DNA of 64,000 nucleotides from a virus. This document shows, in pieces, positions 28,643-38,416 of this stretch. Location of the stretch: the IMG/VR virus record IMGVR_UViG_3300031087_000015, positions 1-64,000 of that record; one strand, 5' to 3'. Both the position numbers and the translations under genes were made by a program. The notes under the pieces were generated by a model, which did no database searches, was not told where the DNA came from, and was given only the letters and a program-made list of their open reading frames with translations. Within the stretch, counting starts at the first letter, position 1; each line of letters begins with the position of its first letter.

Positions 28643-30079
28643 TTAGCGGTAAGATACCGTGTTGATGTTTTCCATCAGACCCTGGATATCGCGAGCGATA
28701 ACACTGCGCTTGTTGGCATCCAGAGTGGCGATTGGTGTAGTCAATGCATCACACCACTGTGGGTTCTGGTAAGGCACCAGCGGACCACCGTTCAGGGATA
28801 TCTTGATTTCAGTATCGCCTAACAGATCACAGTATACTTCGAGGTGAGCCAACATCTGGTTACCGAAAGTGATACCAGCCATCAGTTCAGTTGCAACGCG
28901 ATGACAGAACGACTGAACTGCATCACGCATGTACGACTCATCCTGAGACAGAATCTTAGCAAAGCTCTGTGCGTCATGTACGATGATGGTATACGGCGTA
29001 CCGTTGTTTGGGTTAGGCATGTCGTTTGACATGGTAACAACCATCTTGGTAAACTTACCATCGTTCATCAACGTAGGCAGGGTACTTGCCACCATACGTG
29101 CAACAACGGTTTCGTTGGACACAGTATCCCAGTTCTCACTTTCACCACGACGTGCAATGAATGTATCGTGAGATACTGCAACACCACGGTTGAACGCTAC
29201 GTGAGTTGCGTTTTCCAGATCTGGGCGGAAGCGCAGCAGCTCACCCCAGGACACGCCATGACGATGCGACATATCGGTATTGTTCAGCAAGGTACCCAAT
29301 GATGCTAACTCATAGGGGTTGCGGTCTGCTACAGTTGCCTTAGCGGTTTTAAGTACGCTAGACATGTTCGCATCCTGCACGCTCGCGGAACTCAGTGCCG
29401 TTTTATACCCGCTCATAACGCGAGAGAGATAACTACCACTGTGGTTATTAGCGCGGTTAGACAGACGCGGTCCATCCAGTGCGATATTACGTGAATCGAT
29501 CGTGCGAAGATCACGGGCATCAGCAATGCCACCCAGTGCTGTAGTCAGACCGATACCGTCGAAGATATCCTGAGGTGCCAGATAGAACTGGTTTACCTCA
29601 CGACCCGGATTGAAATACCCCGGCATTACCTGGTTAGACTCACGGATATGCAGTCGCTTCTGAACCTGGCCATTTGGACCAATGCGATCCATCACCGTTA
29701 CCGATGTGATGCTGTTGATGAACAACATCATGTTCGGGTCCATTGTTTCGCTGCGAGTGATACCCATGTAATCGGTATACCCACTCAGGATATCAACCAG
29801 CACATTGCCGTTGGAAGATACCTGCTCAATCTCCATCATAAAGCGAAACTTCGGTTCGTTCCAACCATTGACGATGTTAACGCTTGCCTCAACTTTGGCA
29901 GACGGTCGCATAATCTCTGAACCCACAACAGATAGAGCTGGTACTGAAAGGTTTTCGCCAAGCTCAGTGGCGTGCTGAAGTTTAGCCAGGCTGTCTGCGC
30001 TAACACGAGTACCGTAGCTTGCTGACCACATGTCGTTGTAGGTACCGGTCTCTGTAAACAATACGCGACGAATAAACAT
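28643..30079 (-). CDS. picA: Probable phage-nucleus protein importer PicA/Imp1 (phiKZ gp69-like)
   Basis: 478 aa, directly downstream of the gp68-like gene in the conserved core block; assignment is mainly by synteny and size. Confidence 0.6.
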   Translation of the reverse strand: MFIRRVLFTETGTYNDMWSASYGTRVSADSLAKLQHATELGENLSVPALSVVGSEIMRPSAKVEASVNIVNGWNEPKFRFMMEIEQVSSNGNVLVDILSGYTDYMGITRSETMDPNMMLFINSITSVTVMDRIGPNGQVQKRLHIRESNQVMPGYFNPGREVNQFYLAPQDIFDGIGLTTALGGIADARDLRTIDSRNIALDGPRLSNRANNHSGSYLSRVMSGYKTALSSASVQDANMSSVLKTAKATVADRNPYELASLGTLLNNTDMSHRHGVSWGELLRFRPDLENATHVAFNRGVAVSHDTFIARRGESENWDTVSNETVVARMVASTLPTLMNDGKFTKMVVTMSNDMPNPNNGTPYTIIVHDAQSFAKILSQDESYMRDAVQSFCHRVATELMAGITFGNQMLAHLEVYCDLLGDTEIKISLNGGPLVPYQNPQWCDALTTPIATLDANKRSVIARDIQGLMENINTVSYR

Positions 30080-31650
30080 TATTCCTGTACTCCTGCTTTA
30101 TGATTATTAAGTTTGATGATGAACGCCGCTACCTGCACTTTGAAGTCCGAGGGAATCAGATGACCACCGGAGCGATACGGACGCATGGTGACTTGTGCCA
30201 AAAGTTCCTGTGGTGCATTGAGCAGATAAGGACGACCGTCAAATAGCGAAAAGAGTTTTTCTATCGCTATCATCGCAGCATTCTCAGAACGCTGCTGTTC
30301 ACCGGTATCTTTCTTTCCACTACTCCTTCTGTGGTAGAAGGGATACTGTTCTTTCAAGATCCGGAATTGCTCGTTTGTTACACGACTACGGGTATCCGTT
30401 CCGAAAACCATATCGTCGTCCATAATAGAAGGCTCAGCTGTTAATAAAGACGCCAAGTCGTAGAAGCCCCAGTGCCAATAAAGCGCCTGTGCTAATCCTA
30501 TCATGTTCACACGCTCTGGTTGTTCCAGGGCTGGAATGAAACGCGCTTTCAACGCAGCGTCAACTGCCCACTGCGTCAGCGCAATCTGACCATCGGTTGG
30601 CAGATATCCGTTATTGCGGCGCAAGTGGCCAACACACGCATCGACCATATCCATCGGTAGTGACGGATCAATAAGACGCCGTGCGTTTGCAACACCCTTT
30701 GCGTACTTCCATGCCAGCAGAAACTTATAGTCGTTGATCTGCTGCTTAACGATTATTTTCTCAGCTTGTGATTCCTTATCGTCATCACGATATTCCATCC
30801 CGTCCGGCTTCTTACGCACCTGACCATCAAACTTACGGTCAAGGCTAGTCAGGGTGGTTTCGATCTGACGGAAAATGTTTGAAACGATGTTAGTGCTTGA
30901 GTTGTACTGAGAGAACAGTTGACCATCTGGCCTTCTGTGCATTACAACACCGACACACACCTTTCGAATGAGTACTACACCAAATACCCAATCTTCCAGC
31001 TCAGCACTACCGATACCTGCGACGATTGCAGACATGGTAATCTTGGCTGTATCTACGTTCATGCGAACATAGCGTTGGAGCTTGTCATAGTCTGCGGTAT
31101 GAATCAGCTCCGTGTGATTCATCAGACCCATTGCCATGAACTCTTTGAAGTGAGTTCCTGACGTTTTCTTAGATTCGCGTACGAATAAGTTCCAGATTGG
31201 AATCATCGGACGCAGTGCTGTAACGAGACAGATTAGCCCCATGTAGTCGTCACGCAGATACGTGCGGTCAGAACTACTGTACTCACCCATCGCCGTTTGT
31301 ATCTCGTTTGGCACGATGATATTACAGTGCAAACGGACAAAGCGCGCAAGGTCAGCATATGACCAGCAACTGTACAATTCAGCAACCAGAGCCACTACGC
31401 GCTCGTGCAAACGAACATCGTTAAACGTCGTTAAGAACGCTTCTTCGATATCCGAATAGATACGCATGATACGATCTTGTACGTCATCAGGTAACGTACC
31501 CCAGAATGCATTGATGTCCATAAACAACTCACCCGTCGACGGGAAAGGTGTGCGGTCAAAGATGCTCCCCTCAGAGACAATTCTTTTCCCTTTATGCTCA
31601 ATGACAATGCCGGTCAATTTATCGCTATTGTCTAGCGGATAGATCTCCAC
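30079..31650 (-). CDS. nvRNAP promoter-specificity (sigma-like) subunit (phiKZ gp68-like)
   Basis: 523 aa, GTG start with GGAGGT SD, own early promoter, synteny. Confidence 0.7.
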   Translation of the reverse strand: MEIYPLDNSDKLTGIVIEHKGKRIVSEGSIFDRTPFPSTGELFMDINAFWGTLPDDVQDRIMRIYSDIEEAFLTTFNDVRLHERVVALVAELYSCWSYADLARFVRLHCNIIVPNEIQTAMGEYSSSDRTYLRDDYMGLICLVTALRPMIPIWNLFVRESKKTSGTHFKEFMAMGLMNHTELIHTADYDKLQRYVRMNVDTAKITMSAIVAGIGSAELEDWVFGVVLIRKVCVGVVMHRRPDGQLFSQYNSSTNIVSNIFRQIETTLTSLDRKFDGQVRKKPDGMEYRDDDKESQAEKIIVKQQINDYKFLLAWKYAKGVANARRLIDPSLPMDMVDACVGHLRRNNGYLPTDGQIALTQWAVDAALKARFIPALEQPERVNMIGLAQALYWHWGFYDLASLLTAEPSIMDDDMVFGTDTRSRVTNEQFRILKEQYPFYHRRSSGKKDTGEQQRSENAAMIAIEKLFSLFDGRPYLLNAPQELLAQVTMRPYRSGGHLIPSDFKVQVAAFIIKLNNHKAGVQE

Positions 31651-31688
31651 ATCAAACCTCCATTACTTACGCTAACCTTTACACTAAG

Positions 31689-31704
31689 ATAATATATATC
31701 TCAA
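31689..31704 (-). promoter_or_regulatory. Putative early promoter of gp68-like/picA operon
   Basis: TTGAGATATATATTAT. Confidence 0.7.
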
Positions 31705-31710
31705 ATGTTC

Positions 31711-32043
31711 TTAGAACACTACGACCGGTTGCCCGTTCTCAATGTTAACATCCTTCACGCCATCGAGAGTGCTGACAGTGCTGTCGTCCCAAAGAACAAC
31801 AAAACTACCGGGTGTAAGTACACTGGTGCGATTATCTACAGTGCGCGTAACATCTACCCAATCATTGCACGCACTCGCTGTGTCGATTTCGATATCGTTC
31901 TTTTTTAGAATGGAGTGCAGGCCATCCAGGTCATTCGTTGCGCCAGAGACGATAGTGAGGGGCGAGCCTTCAATCTTTCCGTCCGCTAACCATTCTACTT
32001 GATTAACTTTAAGTACCGCCACTGCCTGTTTAATCTGTACCAT
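31711..32043 (-). CDS. Hypothetical protein
   Basis: 110 aa ORF with AAGGGA SD. Confidence 0.7.
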   Translation of the reverse strand: MVQIKQAVAVLKVNQVEWLADGKIEGSPLTIVSGATNDLDGLHSILKKNDIEIDTASACNDWVDVTRTVDNRTSVLTPGSFVVLWDDSTVSTLDGVKDVNIENGQPVVVF

Positions 32044-32059
32044 TTTCTTCCCTTAGCAA

Positions 32060-32158
32060 AATAAGTCCCACGCCATTCCCTTTCGAGAATGGCGTGGTGT
32101 TTTGTGATGCACGTCTGTCGCCGTGCACTACCCTTCGAGCTGACATGGAGTTCATCTC
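32060..32158 (-). ncRNA. Candidate sRNA 'sR32'
   Basis: Promoter AAAAAATTAC with 19 nt to the G of TATG; hairpin with ACUCCAUG loop; second hairpin UGCACG/CGUGCA; terminator 32068-32097; no credible ORF. Confidence 0.55.
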
Positions 32159-32184
32159 ATACTAATAGAAAGGGTTGTAATTTT

Positions 32185-32673
32185 TTACTTCCCGTTAGTC
32201 CACGCGGTGTAATCAAACAGCTGAACTTCACCGCCGGTATTGGGATCGAACTGCATGGCAAACTCTACTGCCGCCTTAGCATCTTTCCCCATTTTCATGG
32301 CAGCGCGAGCGTAGGCAGACCCAGATCCCACAGAATCGGTTAGAATAGGCTCACCGAGTACGAAGGCATAGTCTTCGTCGGTATATAACCAATGTCCCTT
32401 TCCATCCTCAGTTACGAGAATGGCAGTGAAATCCACTTTATCAGGCACTGGCGTCAGTGCGGTTAAACCTTCTTCCAGTAGCGCCTTTAAAATCCGGCAC
32501 CCACCTGCCGTTCCAGCACATGCAAAAGCTACGGCACCTACACCATCATAACTGTGCTTAGCTGGATCGACCATCAGAAGCTTCATTGCTTTGTCTGTGG
32601 TGATACCCATGCCCGTTGAGGTCTCACGGCTATCAGCAGCAAGTATGTTACCATCCCACGCAATTGTCGTCAT
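32185..32673 (-). CDS. Ntn-hydrolase, HslV/proteasome beta-like peptidase
   Basis: N-terminal (M)TTIAWDG..LAADSR, K at about position 31, AGT, GSGS, DPNTGG. Confidence 0.8.
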   Translation of the reverse strand: MTTIAWDGNILAADSRETSTGMGITTDKAMKLLMVDPAKHSYDGVGAVAFACAGTAGGCRILKALLEEGLTALTPVPDKVDFTAILVTEDGKGHWLYTDEDYAFVLGEPILTDSVGSGSAYARAAMKMGKDAKAAVEFAMQFDPNTGGEVQLFDYTAWTNGK

Positions 32674-33191
32674 GGCTTATTCCGATTGATACGTTTAGCT
32701 AAGTTAGCCTCGAAGGCGTCCTTTGTACGCTCAGTAAAAGGTGGATACTTAACCTTCGATTTCTTTGGCATTAGGTTAGCTACCAGTAACTTAGTCATCA
32801 CATCTGACATCGCACTACTCGGCTCGAAGTAGATGGTAGATTGACCTTCGTAGAAATCTGACCCGTGGCGTTGATCACGGTATGTGTGCTCGTATCTTCC
32901 GTACGGAACCAAGTGAGTAGGCAGGTGGTCATCGATTTCGTAAACACCCAGCAGTTTACCAATTGCACCGGCCAAAAGGGTGCGGCTCATTTGTGGGTAG
33001 TGCGGTGGATCGCACACGGTCAGAGCACCATGGAATGTGTAGGCATACGACTGGCTATATGGGTACCATAACTGTGGCACCGTCATACCGCGCCCAATAA
33101 ATGGGGTACCAAGCTGTCGGATAGCCGGTGTACCAAATGACGCATCCTCTGGAAACTCTACACCTTTGAGTTGTTCGAAAAGAGTGGACAT
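32670..33191 (-). CDS. Hypothetical protein
   Basis: 173 aa with GGAGGA SD and ATGA overlap. Confidence 0.7.
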   Translation of the reverse strand: MSTLFEQLKGVEFPEDASFGTPAIRQLGTPFIGRGMTVPQLWYPYSQSYAYTFHGALTVCDPPHYPQMSRTLLAGAIGKLLGVYEIDDHLPTHLVPYGRYEHTYRDQRHGSDFYEGQSTIYFEPSSAMSDVMTKLLVANLMPKKSKVKYPPFTERTKDAFEANLAKRINRNKP

Positions 33192-33247
33192 TTTATTCCT
33201 CCGATGGAATAAAAAGAAGACCCCAAAGGATCTTCTTGTTGGTAGGT

Positions 33248-33721
33248 TTAGTTCATGTTAATCGGCTCAAGCGTACTATCAAAGTACCTGAACGACACCA
33301 CACGAATCGGGTTAGTGTTCTGGCTGGTTGCAACAGCCTTCAGTGCGTTGTCAGAGTTCAGCGGAAGTTCCATGTCACCATCGCGCATTGTGAAATTGAT
33401 GGTGCTACCTTCGGTCATGTCGTGCTTCAATGACCCGTGAAGCTCGTAGAACCAGTAGTCAGTATCTGACATCAAGCCACCCGGTGTGATGAAGTCGTAA
33501 CGATGTGTGCCTGGGAAATGACTGATACCATACATCTTACCAGCACCACCAAGTGTACCGCGAGACTGACAGGTGTGTGTATCTAACATCAGGGCAGCGA
33601 ATGCCCTACGGACATGTAAAGGTACGTTATCGCAACCATTACTCAGCCGGCAAACTAAAATACCACTACCAACTTTGACTACTTCGAGATAAAGTGGAGT
33701 TTCTAATTTAACTGTTTCCAT
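33248..33721 (-). CDS. Hypothetical protein
   Basis: 157 aa with AGGAG SD and a structured leader. Confidence 0.7.
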   Translation of the reverse strand: METVKLETPLYLEVVKVGSGILVCRLSNGCDNVPLHVRRAFAALMLDTHTCQSRGTLGGAGKMYGISHFPGTHRYDFITPGGLMSDTDYWFYELHGSLKHDMTEGSTINFTMRDGDMELPLNSDNALKAVATSQNTNPIRVVSFRYFDSTLEPINMN

Positions 33722-33842
33722 TTGTATTCTCCTGCGTGCTTGTCCTCACTCACCATGAGTGGCGCTTGCGCATGTTGATCGATTGGATTGTTTGTACTGC
33801 ATAACAATGCATGGGCTTGTTAATAAATACTAGACGGCATAA

Positions 33843-33876
33843 AGACAGGTCCTTTTGGACCTGTCTGATTTATGTC
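33843..33876. terminator. Terminator after chmC
   Basis: AGACAGGTCC-tttt-GGACCTGTCT flanked by GGCATAAA and TTTATGTC. Confidence 0.8.
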
Positions 33877-33886
33877 ACTGTTTATC

Positions 33887-35305
33887 CTAGAAAGGAATAC
33901 TTTCATCAAATGACACAGGTGCGCTATCGCGACTCAGAACCTGAGGCTGCTGGACTTCGCCATTCGGGTTACCGCCTGAATGCTGCTGTCCACCACTCTG
34001 GGACTGATTGTTTCCGCCGCCGTACTGGTTGTTTCCCTGGCCACGGTTATTGTTGTTGCCATTACCGTTTCCGTTGTTGTTCCAGTTACGTTGCTGGCCA
34101 CCACCCTGGTTATTATTGTTCCAGTTGCGCTGTCCGCCCTGTTGGCCACCCTGCTGACGATTACCCCAGTTGTTGTTGCCGTTACCACCCTGACGGTTGT
34201 TAGTCCACTGAGACGTATCAGGCTGAACGTAGTTGCTATTCAGGTGCTTAGCCACAGAACGTTCCAACACTGACTTATAGCTGATAGCCATCAGTGCAGA
34301 AACGCGGTCAGGTGACATTGGATTACTGTTCTCATCCAGCAGTGCGTAGCGACGATGAGACTGAAGAGGGAACTGAAGGTTAGGACGTGAGCGGTCCTGG
34401 TCGAGAACGGCGATGTAGATAACACCCTGTTCGTTCTTACCAACAACCATAGTCGTTTCGTGAACCTTCTCACCCCAACGACCATTCTGCTGCTTAGGTC
34501 CGTTACCGTAGTTCTTAATACCACGACGCCAGCCAGCAGGAGCACTGACTGCCTGACCCAGCAACTGACAATAGGCGTAGAATACTGGCGCGTCGATCTT
34601 ACCAGCAATCATGCCTTTGTTATTATGCTGATCTGCTTCGATGTTGGTAAACACCGTGGCACGAGGGTTGTTTGCGATACTACCGAATACCAGTGACGGC
34701 GGACGACCTTCAACGGTACGCTGGTCAGTTTCAGTATAGAAACGAACCTGATAGTCTTTAAGCAGGTCAGAGGCAAGGTCTTCGACCATCTCACACCACC
34801 CCAGCGCGTAACCATCTGCTAGCTCGGCTGTGCTCAGCTCGCGACCCTCTCCATCCACGATACGATGGTAATCGCTTGGACGGAAGTAGAACTCCAGATC
34901 GGCACGGTTGTAGGAGCGCAGAACCAGACGAACATCGGCGTCACCTGCGTCACGTACGATATCCAGATCGAACTGCCACATCGGACGTTCAGAACGTTGA
35001 CCACGAATAAATGAATGGTCTTCGTGCTTTACAGTGCGTTTAAATGGACCTTTACAGGACACGGCAGCACGCACCAGCGCAGTGATCATAAACAGCACAC
35101 TGATGTCGCCACGTCCAGAGATCATACCGTTACCACGATCCCCTTCGATGTTGCTATACGCTTTGATAGACACATCATTTTTGTCGTTAATGGTGAAAGC
35201 AAACGTTGGTGCTTTCTTAGCCCCATCCACAGGGCGTCCAATCAAGCGAGTCTTAAACTCGCTGAGGATATTACGCTGTGCGGGTTTCTGTTCATTGTCA
35301 GACAT
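33887..35305 (-). CDS. chmC: Probable ChmC-like (Whirly-fold) nucleic-acid-binding protein, tandem duplicated domain with N/G/Q-rich tail
   Basis: Position in the core block between the SbcD cluster and gp68; N/G-rich disordered tail; internal repeat; start at ATG 35305 with GGAG SD. Confidence 0.6.
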   Translation of the reverse strand: MSDNEQKPAQRNILSEFKTRLIGRPVDGAKKAPTFAFTINDKNDVSIKAYSNIEGDRGNGMISGRGDISVLFMITALVRAAVSCKGPFKRTVKHEDHSFIRGQRSERPMWQFDLDIVRDAGDADVRLVLRSYNRADLEFYFRPSDYHRIVDGEGRELSTAELADGYALGWCEMVEDLASDLLKDYQVRFYTETDQRTVEGRPPSLVFGSIANNPRATVFTNIEADQHNNKGMIAGKIDAPVFYAYCQLLGQAVSAPAGWRRGIKNYGNGPKQQNGRWGEKVHETTMVVGKNEQGVIYIAVLDQDRSRPNLQFPLQSHRRYALLDENSNPMSPDRVSALMAISYKSVLERSVAKHLNSNYVQPDTSQWTNNRQGGNGNNNWGNRQQGGQQGGQRNWNNNNQGGGQQRNWNNNGNGNGNNNNRGQGNNQYGGGNNQSQSGGQQHSGGNPNGEVQQPQVLSRDSAPVSFDESIPF

Positions 35306-35359
35306 TGAATACTCCAAGTCATTGTTAGTTCCTATAGCATCCTACAGGAATGTAGAAAG

Positions 35360-36175
35360 TTACAAATATCGACTGGACAGCGATATCAGTTGGTCCTTTA
35401 TTTCACCAGCCTCTAACTTTTTCAGGTCGCTATGGATTTTCTCCATCGACGTGATTGTCGTCCAATGCTCAGCCTCGGCGAGTGCCAGTAACCGCCTGCG
35501 AACGCTTAAGCCTTGTGGGGACAAGTAGACCGATTTGTCACCGAAGACCGCCAATGTGAACTTATTAAACGGCATACAGGTCAGTTCCTTACCATTGGTA
35601 AGTTTCGTGTACCATTGATGGCGTTCTTTAATAGCGGCAGTATACGATTCTAATAGATCGAGAGTAGTGAAGTCATAGCGGATAAAAAGGTCTGTGACGA
35701 CATGCGAGAATAGTAGGGCACGGCCCTTGATTTTAAACTGTAGCTTACAGGTCTCAAAGCATTCCACCTTAATGGTACCTTGCCTGAGTATTGCTGCTAC
35801 AGCATCCTCCTCTAGTGCGTTCAAAAGAATACGCTTCTCACCCCGGTGTACCATAGGAACACACCCAGGTAAAAAACGCTCAATGTCTGCATAGTTGGAC
35901 ACGTAAACCACTGGGATAGCCTTCTTAAATTGAGAGACGAGGGTTTGAAGCTCGTCTACCACAATAAGTGCAGCATCTGCCGGGTCTACTTGTTCACCAA
36001 CACCGGACTTAAATGCGGAGTAGAAATTCCGCACCATTGTCCTAAGATTGATCAGAACTACGTCGTAATTATCCAACGCATTCGTAGCGAACACGCTTTC
36101 AAAAGCCAACGAAGTCCCAATAGAGACCGGGAGGTCACCTACCTCCCGTCCCAGCGCAAACTGCATGCTATCCAT
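35360..36175 (-). CDS. Conserved hypothetical protein (phiKZ gp66-like; possibly PIN/flap-nuclease fold)
   Basis: 271 aa, coupled to the SbcD gene. Confidence 0.6.
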   Translation of the reverse strand: MDSMQFALGREVGDLPVSIGTSLAFESVFATNALDNYDVVLINLRTMVRNFYSAFKSGVGEQVDPADAALIVVDELQTLVSQFKKAIPVVYVSNYADIERFLPGCVPMVHRGEKRILLNALEEDAVAAILRQGTIKVECFETCKLQFKIKGRALLFSHVVTDLFIRYDFTTLDLLESYTAAIKERHQWYTKLTNGKELTCMPFNKFTLAVFGDKSVYLSPQGLSVRRRLLALAEAEHWTTITSMEKIHSDLKKLEAGEIKDQLISLSSRYL

Positions 36176-37331
36176 CTATCATCCCATCTAACAGGAGCGA
36201 CAGTCTTTGAACGGTTGCATCGTCGGGGGGAGACTCCATGAGTTCCATCCTGTTCAATAGCATCCGTTTCACGTTTATCGGCGTAATGTCTACGCTTATG
36301 ACTGCGCGGGTTGGTTTCAGGGGATCGACTTTCGCAACACTGGACTCTTTTACTTTCTTCCCATTGACCACTAAGCGGAATGTGTCAAACGTGGCTTGTA
36401 GCTCACGTTCTGCGAAGAAAGCCTGGTCATCCTTGTTACAGAGAAGACGCAGGTTAGAACCCATCGGCATGTTCTTAGCCTTGACCGCAATCTCCACATC
36501 AGGCAATGTTAAACCCGACACATCGATTGTATCGTAACGCTTAGCGCCGACATTCTCTACGAAAGTGACTTCATCGCCTACGGTGTCATTACCGTAAGCT
36601 TTAACACGGAAGTGCCCTTTGGGTTCTTCCTCACCAAACGTCAGTCTGTCAAAACTACCGGCATTGATAATCCGACGATTAACCTGCTTAACATGAATGT
36701 GACCAATGAAGATCCACTCACGTACCAGTGTTAAGAATAAGTCAGAGTCCAACGCAGGCAAGTTCAATCCAGGCGGATAGTGGTATTCGAATGCACTGTG
36801 CATGATACCAAAGTCTACCTTTTCTAACCCGGCATCACGAACAGCTTTAGCAGCATCAAGATAGACCTGGTGTTGATCAGCCGCATGTTCATCGGGTACG
36901 AATAGGAAGGTGGCGTTCCATTTGGCAGAACGCACCACAGACAGTTTCTGGACGTACGTGATCTTAGCACCGATGTTGTACATCGTGTTGATGTGCTCAA
37001 ACAGATAACTTTGTTTGCGATCATGGCGAGGCGTACCTTCTACGATATATACTTCAATATCGTGTTTGGCACAGAGGACCAGGTGATTCAATATCCAAAG
37101 CTCCACCTCTGTCACCACTGACGACTTAGGCAGATTTATCAACTGGTCCAACACGTCACCCGCATAGATGATAATGTCTAACTCGGCGGTCTCTGGGTTA
37201 TCAGGGAACGCTTTTAACAGGTTGGTTGTGATGTGCTCAGTTGGTGTACGTGCATGCCCCAGGTGAATATCGGAAAGCTCTGCGATGTACAGGTAATTTG
37301 GGTTCTTTGTGTTTGTGAATCTACAGGTCAT
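36168..37331 (-). CDS. sbcD: SbcD/Mre11-like metallophosphoesterase nuclease
   Basis: SDIHLG, AGDVLD, GTPRHD, MH, GHIH, AGS motifs. Confidence 0.88.
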   Translation of the reverse strand: MTCRFTNTKNPNYLYIAELSDIHLGHARTPTEHITTNLLKAFPDNPETAELDIIIYAGDVLDQLINLPKSSVVTEVELWILNHLVLCAKHDIEVYIVEGTPRHDRKQSYLFEHINTMYNIGAKITYVQKLSVVRSAKWNATFLFVPDEHAADQHQVYLDAAKAVRDAGLEKVDFGIMHSAFEYHYPPGLNLPALDSDLFLTLVREWIFIGHIHVKQVNRRIINAGSFDRLTFGEEEPKGHFRVKAYGNDTVGDEVTFVENVGAKRYDTIDVSGLTLPDVEIAVKAKNMPMGSNLRLLCNKDDQAFFAERELQATFDTFRLVVNGKKVKESSVAKVDPLKPTRAVISVDITPINVKRMLLNRMELMESPPDDATVQRLSLLLDGMIDG

Positions 37332-37917
37332 CGTAGTCGTTGTCCGTTATTACACGAGACGGTTGAGCAGGTGCTGCGGCAGCGGTTGTATCAGATTTGG
37401 GATCATCAACACGATGGTCCGGGAATCCAGGCAGCGGCGGGTAACCATGCTCTACCAGCACGTTGTTCCACTCTTTGGTACGGTCGTCGTCTAACTGCTT
37501 TTGGTCTTTTAAAGAAACAGCCAAAGCGTTAGCCAGATAACGTTCACCGTATACCGGATGTTGGTTGCGCTTTTCCATCGCCTCAGCAGCAATGCCCATT
37601 ATCCCACCGCGTGGTGCAGCGTAGTAAGTAGGTATCGTGCCGACGAGAGGAGGAACAGTGAATTTAACCGAACCATCTCGATTAAGCACTTGAACCGGAT
37701 TAGATGGATGCATACAGATGCTCATCCACGCTGTTAAGTCGCGGGGAACGATTTCTCCATCTTTGTCACGCTCAGGGGGCGATGCTAATAAAGGAAGGAA
37801 ATCCCGAACAAACAGATCGTAACCTATTTGTGGAACATCCAGTTTCGTTTGCTCCACGATGAACTTCACCGCGTTCATGGTCTGTTTGTCGACCACGGGT
37901 TTCTTTGGCTCAGCCAT
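37321..37917 (-). CDS. Conserved hypothetical protein
   Basis: 198 aa, coupled within the operon, GGAG SD. Confidence 0.7.
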   Translation of the reverse strand: MAEPKKPVVDKQTMNAVKFIVEQTKLDVPQIGYDLFVRDFLPLLASPPERDKDGEIVPRDLTAWMSICMHPSNPVQVLNRDGSVKFTVPPLVGTIPTYYAAPRGGIMGIAAEAMEKRNQHPVYGERYLANALAVSLKDQKQLDDDRTKEWNNVLVEHGYPPLPGFPDHRVDDPKSDTTAAAAPAQPSRVITDNDYDDL

Positions 37918-38311
37918 TGTTTATCTCCATAATCCCAACAACCTTACCGTTCGTGGTCGAAAGCTCACGAGCCACGTTGTAAGATGTGCCATCGCGTTCT
38001 ACTGCCATATACACACTGACATTCATGCGAGTGAGGTCATCGGTATCTGGATACGTAACGCGTGCTTCTACAACAGGTTTATCAAAGTATCGCCCCAATA
38101 ATTCAGTCAGGGAGTTGCCGATATCTGTTTGTATTGCGCCTTCATCATTACCAGACTGTTGGATGATAGCCGGCAGTGATTTGATGCTGTTTTTGAATTC
38201 AACACTGAGTGATGGATGTGTCAAAAAGAAATTTGCGACAACTGAATCAATCACACCAGGGACGTCTTCAATCCAACCCTTTGTTGACAAACTTGGGTAT
38301 GGTCTTTTCAT
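37910..38311 (-). CDS. Possible gp25-like baseplate wedge protein
   Basis: About 133 aa alpha/beta pattern; start at ATG 38311 with AGGAG SD. Confidence 0.45.
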   Translation of the reverse strand: MKRPYPSLSTKGWIEDVPGVIDSVVANFFLTHPSLSVEFKNSIKSLPAIIQQSGNDEGAIQTDIGNSLTELLGRYFDKPVVEARVTYPDTDDLTRMNVSVYMAVERDGTSYNVARELSTTNGKVVGIMEINNG

Positions 38312-38390
38312 GGACAATCTCCTTAACAATTAACATACAATTGCCTTCGATAGATTGGCCGTCTGTGTAAAAAAGAAAAGGAGCATAATA

Positions 38391-38410
38391 GCCTCTCCCG
38401 AAGGAGAGGC
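38391..38410 (-). terminator. Terminator
   Basis: GCCTCTCC-cgaa-GGAGAGGC (UUCG loop on - strand) followed by TATTATGC. Confidence 0.75.
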
Positions 38411-38416
38411 GTAGTA

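Noticed and set aside
33722-33835. Structured region as an independent sRNA
   Set aside because: No terminator before the RBS; better explained as the 5' UTR of the 33721 gene.
33950-34200. Repetitive DNA resembling a tandem repeat or CRISPR array
   Set aside because: Encodes the N/G/Q-rich tail of the ChmC-like protein; no repeat-spacer periodicity.
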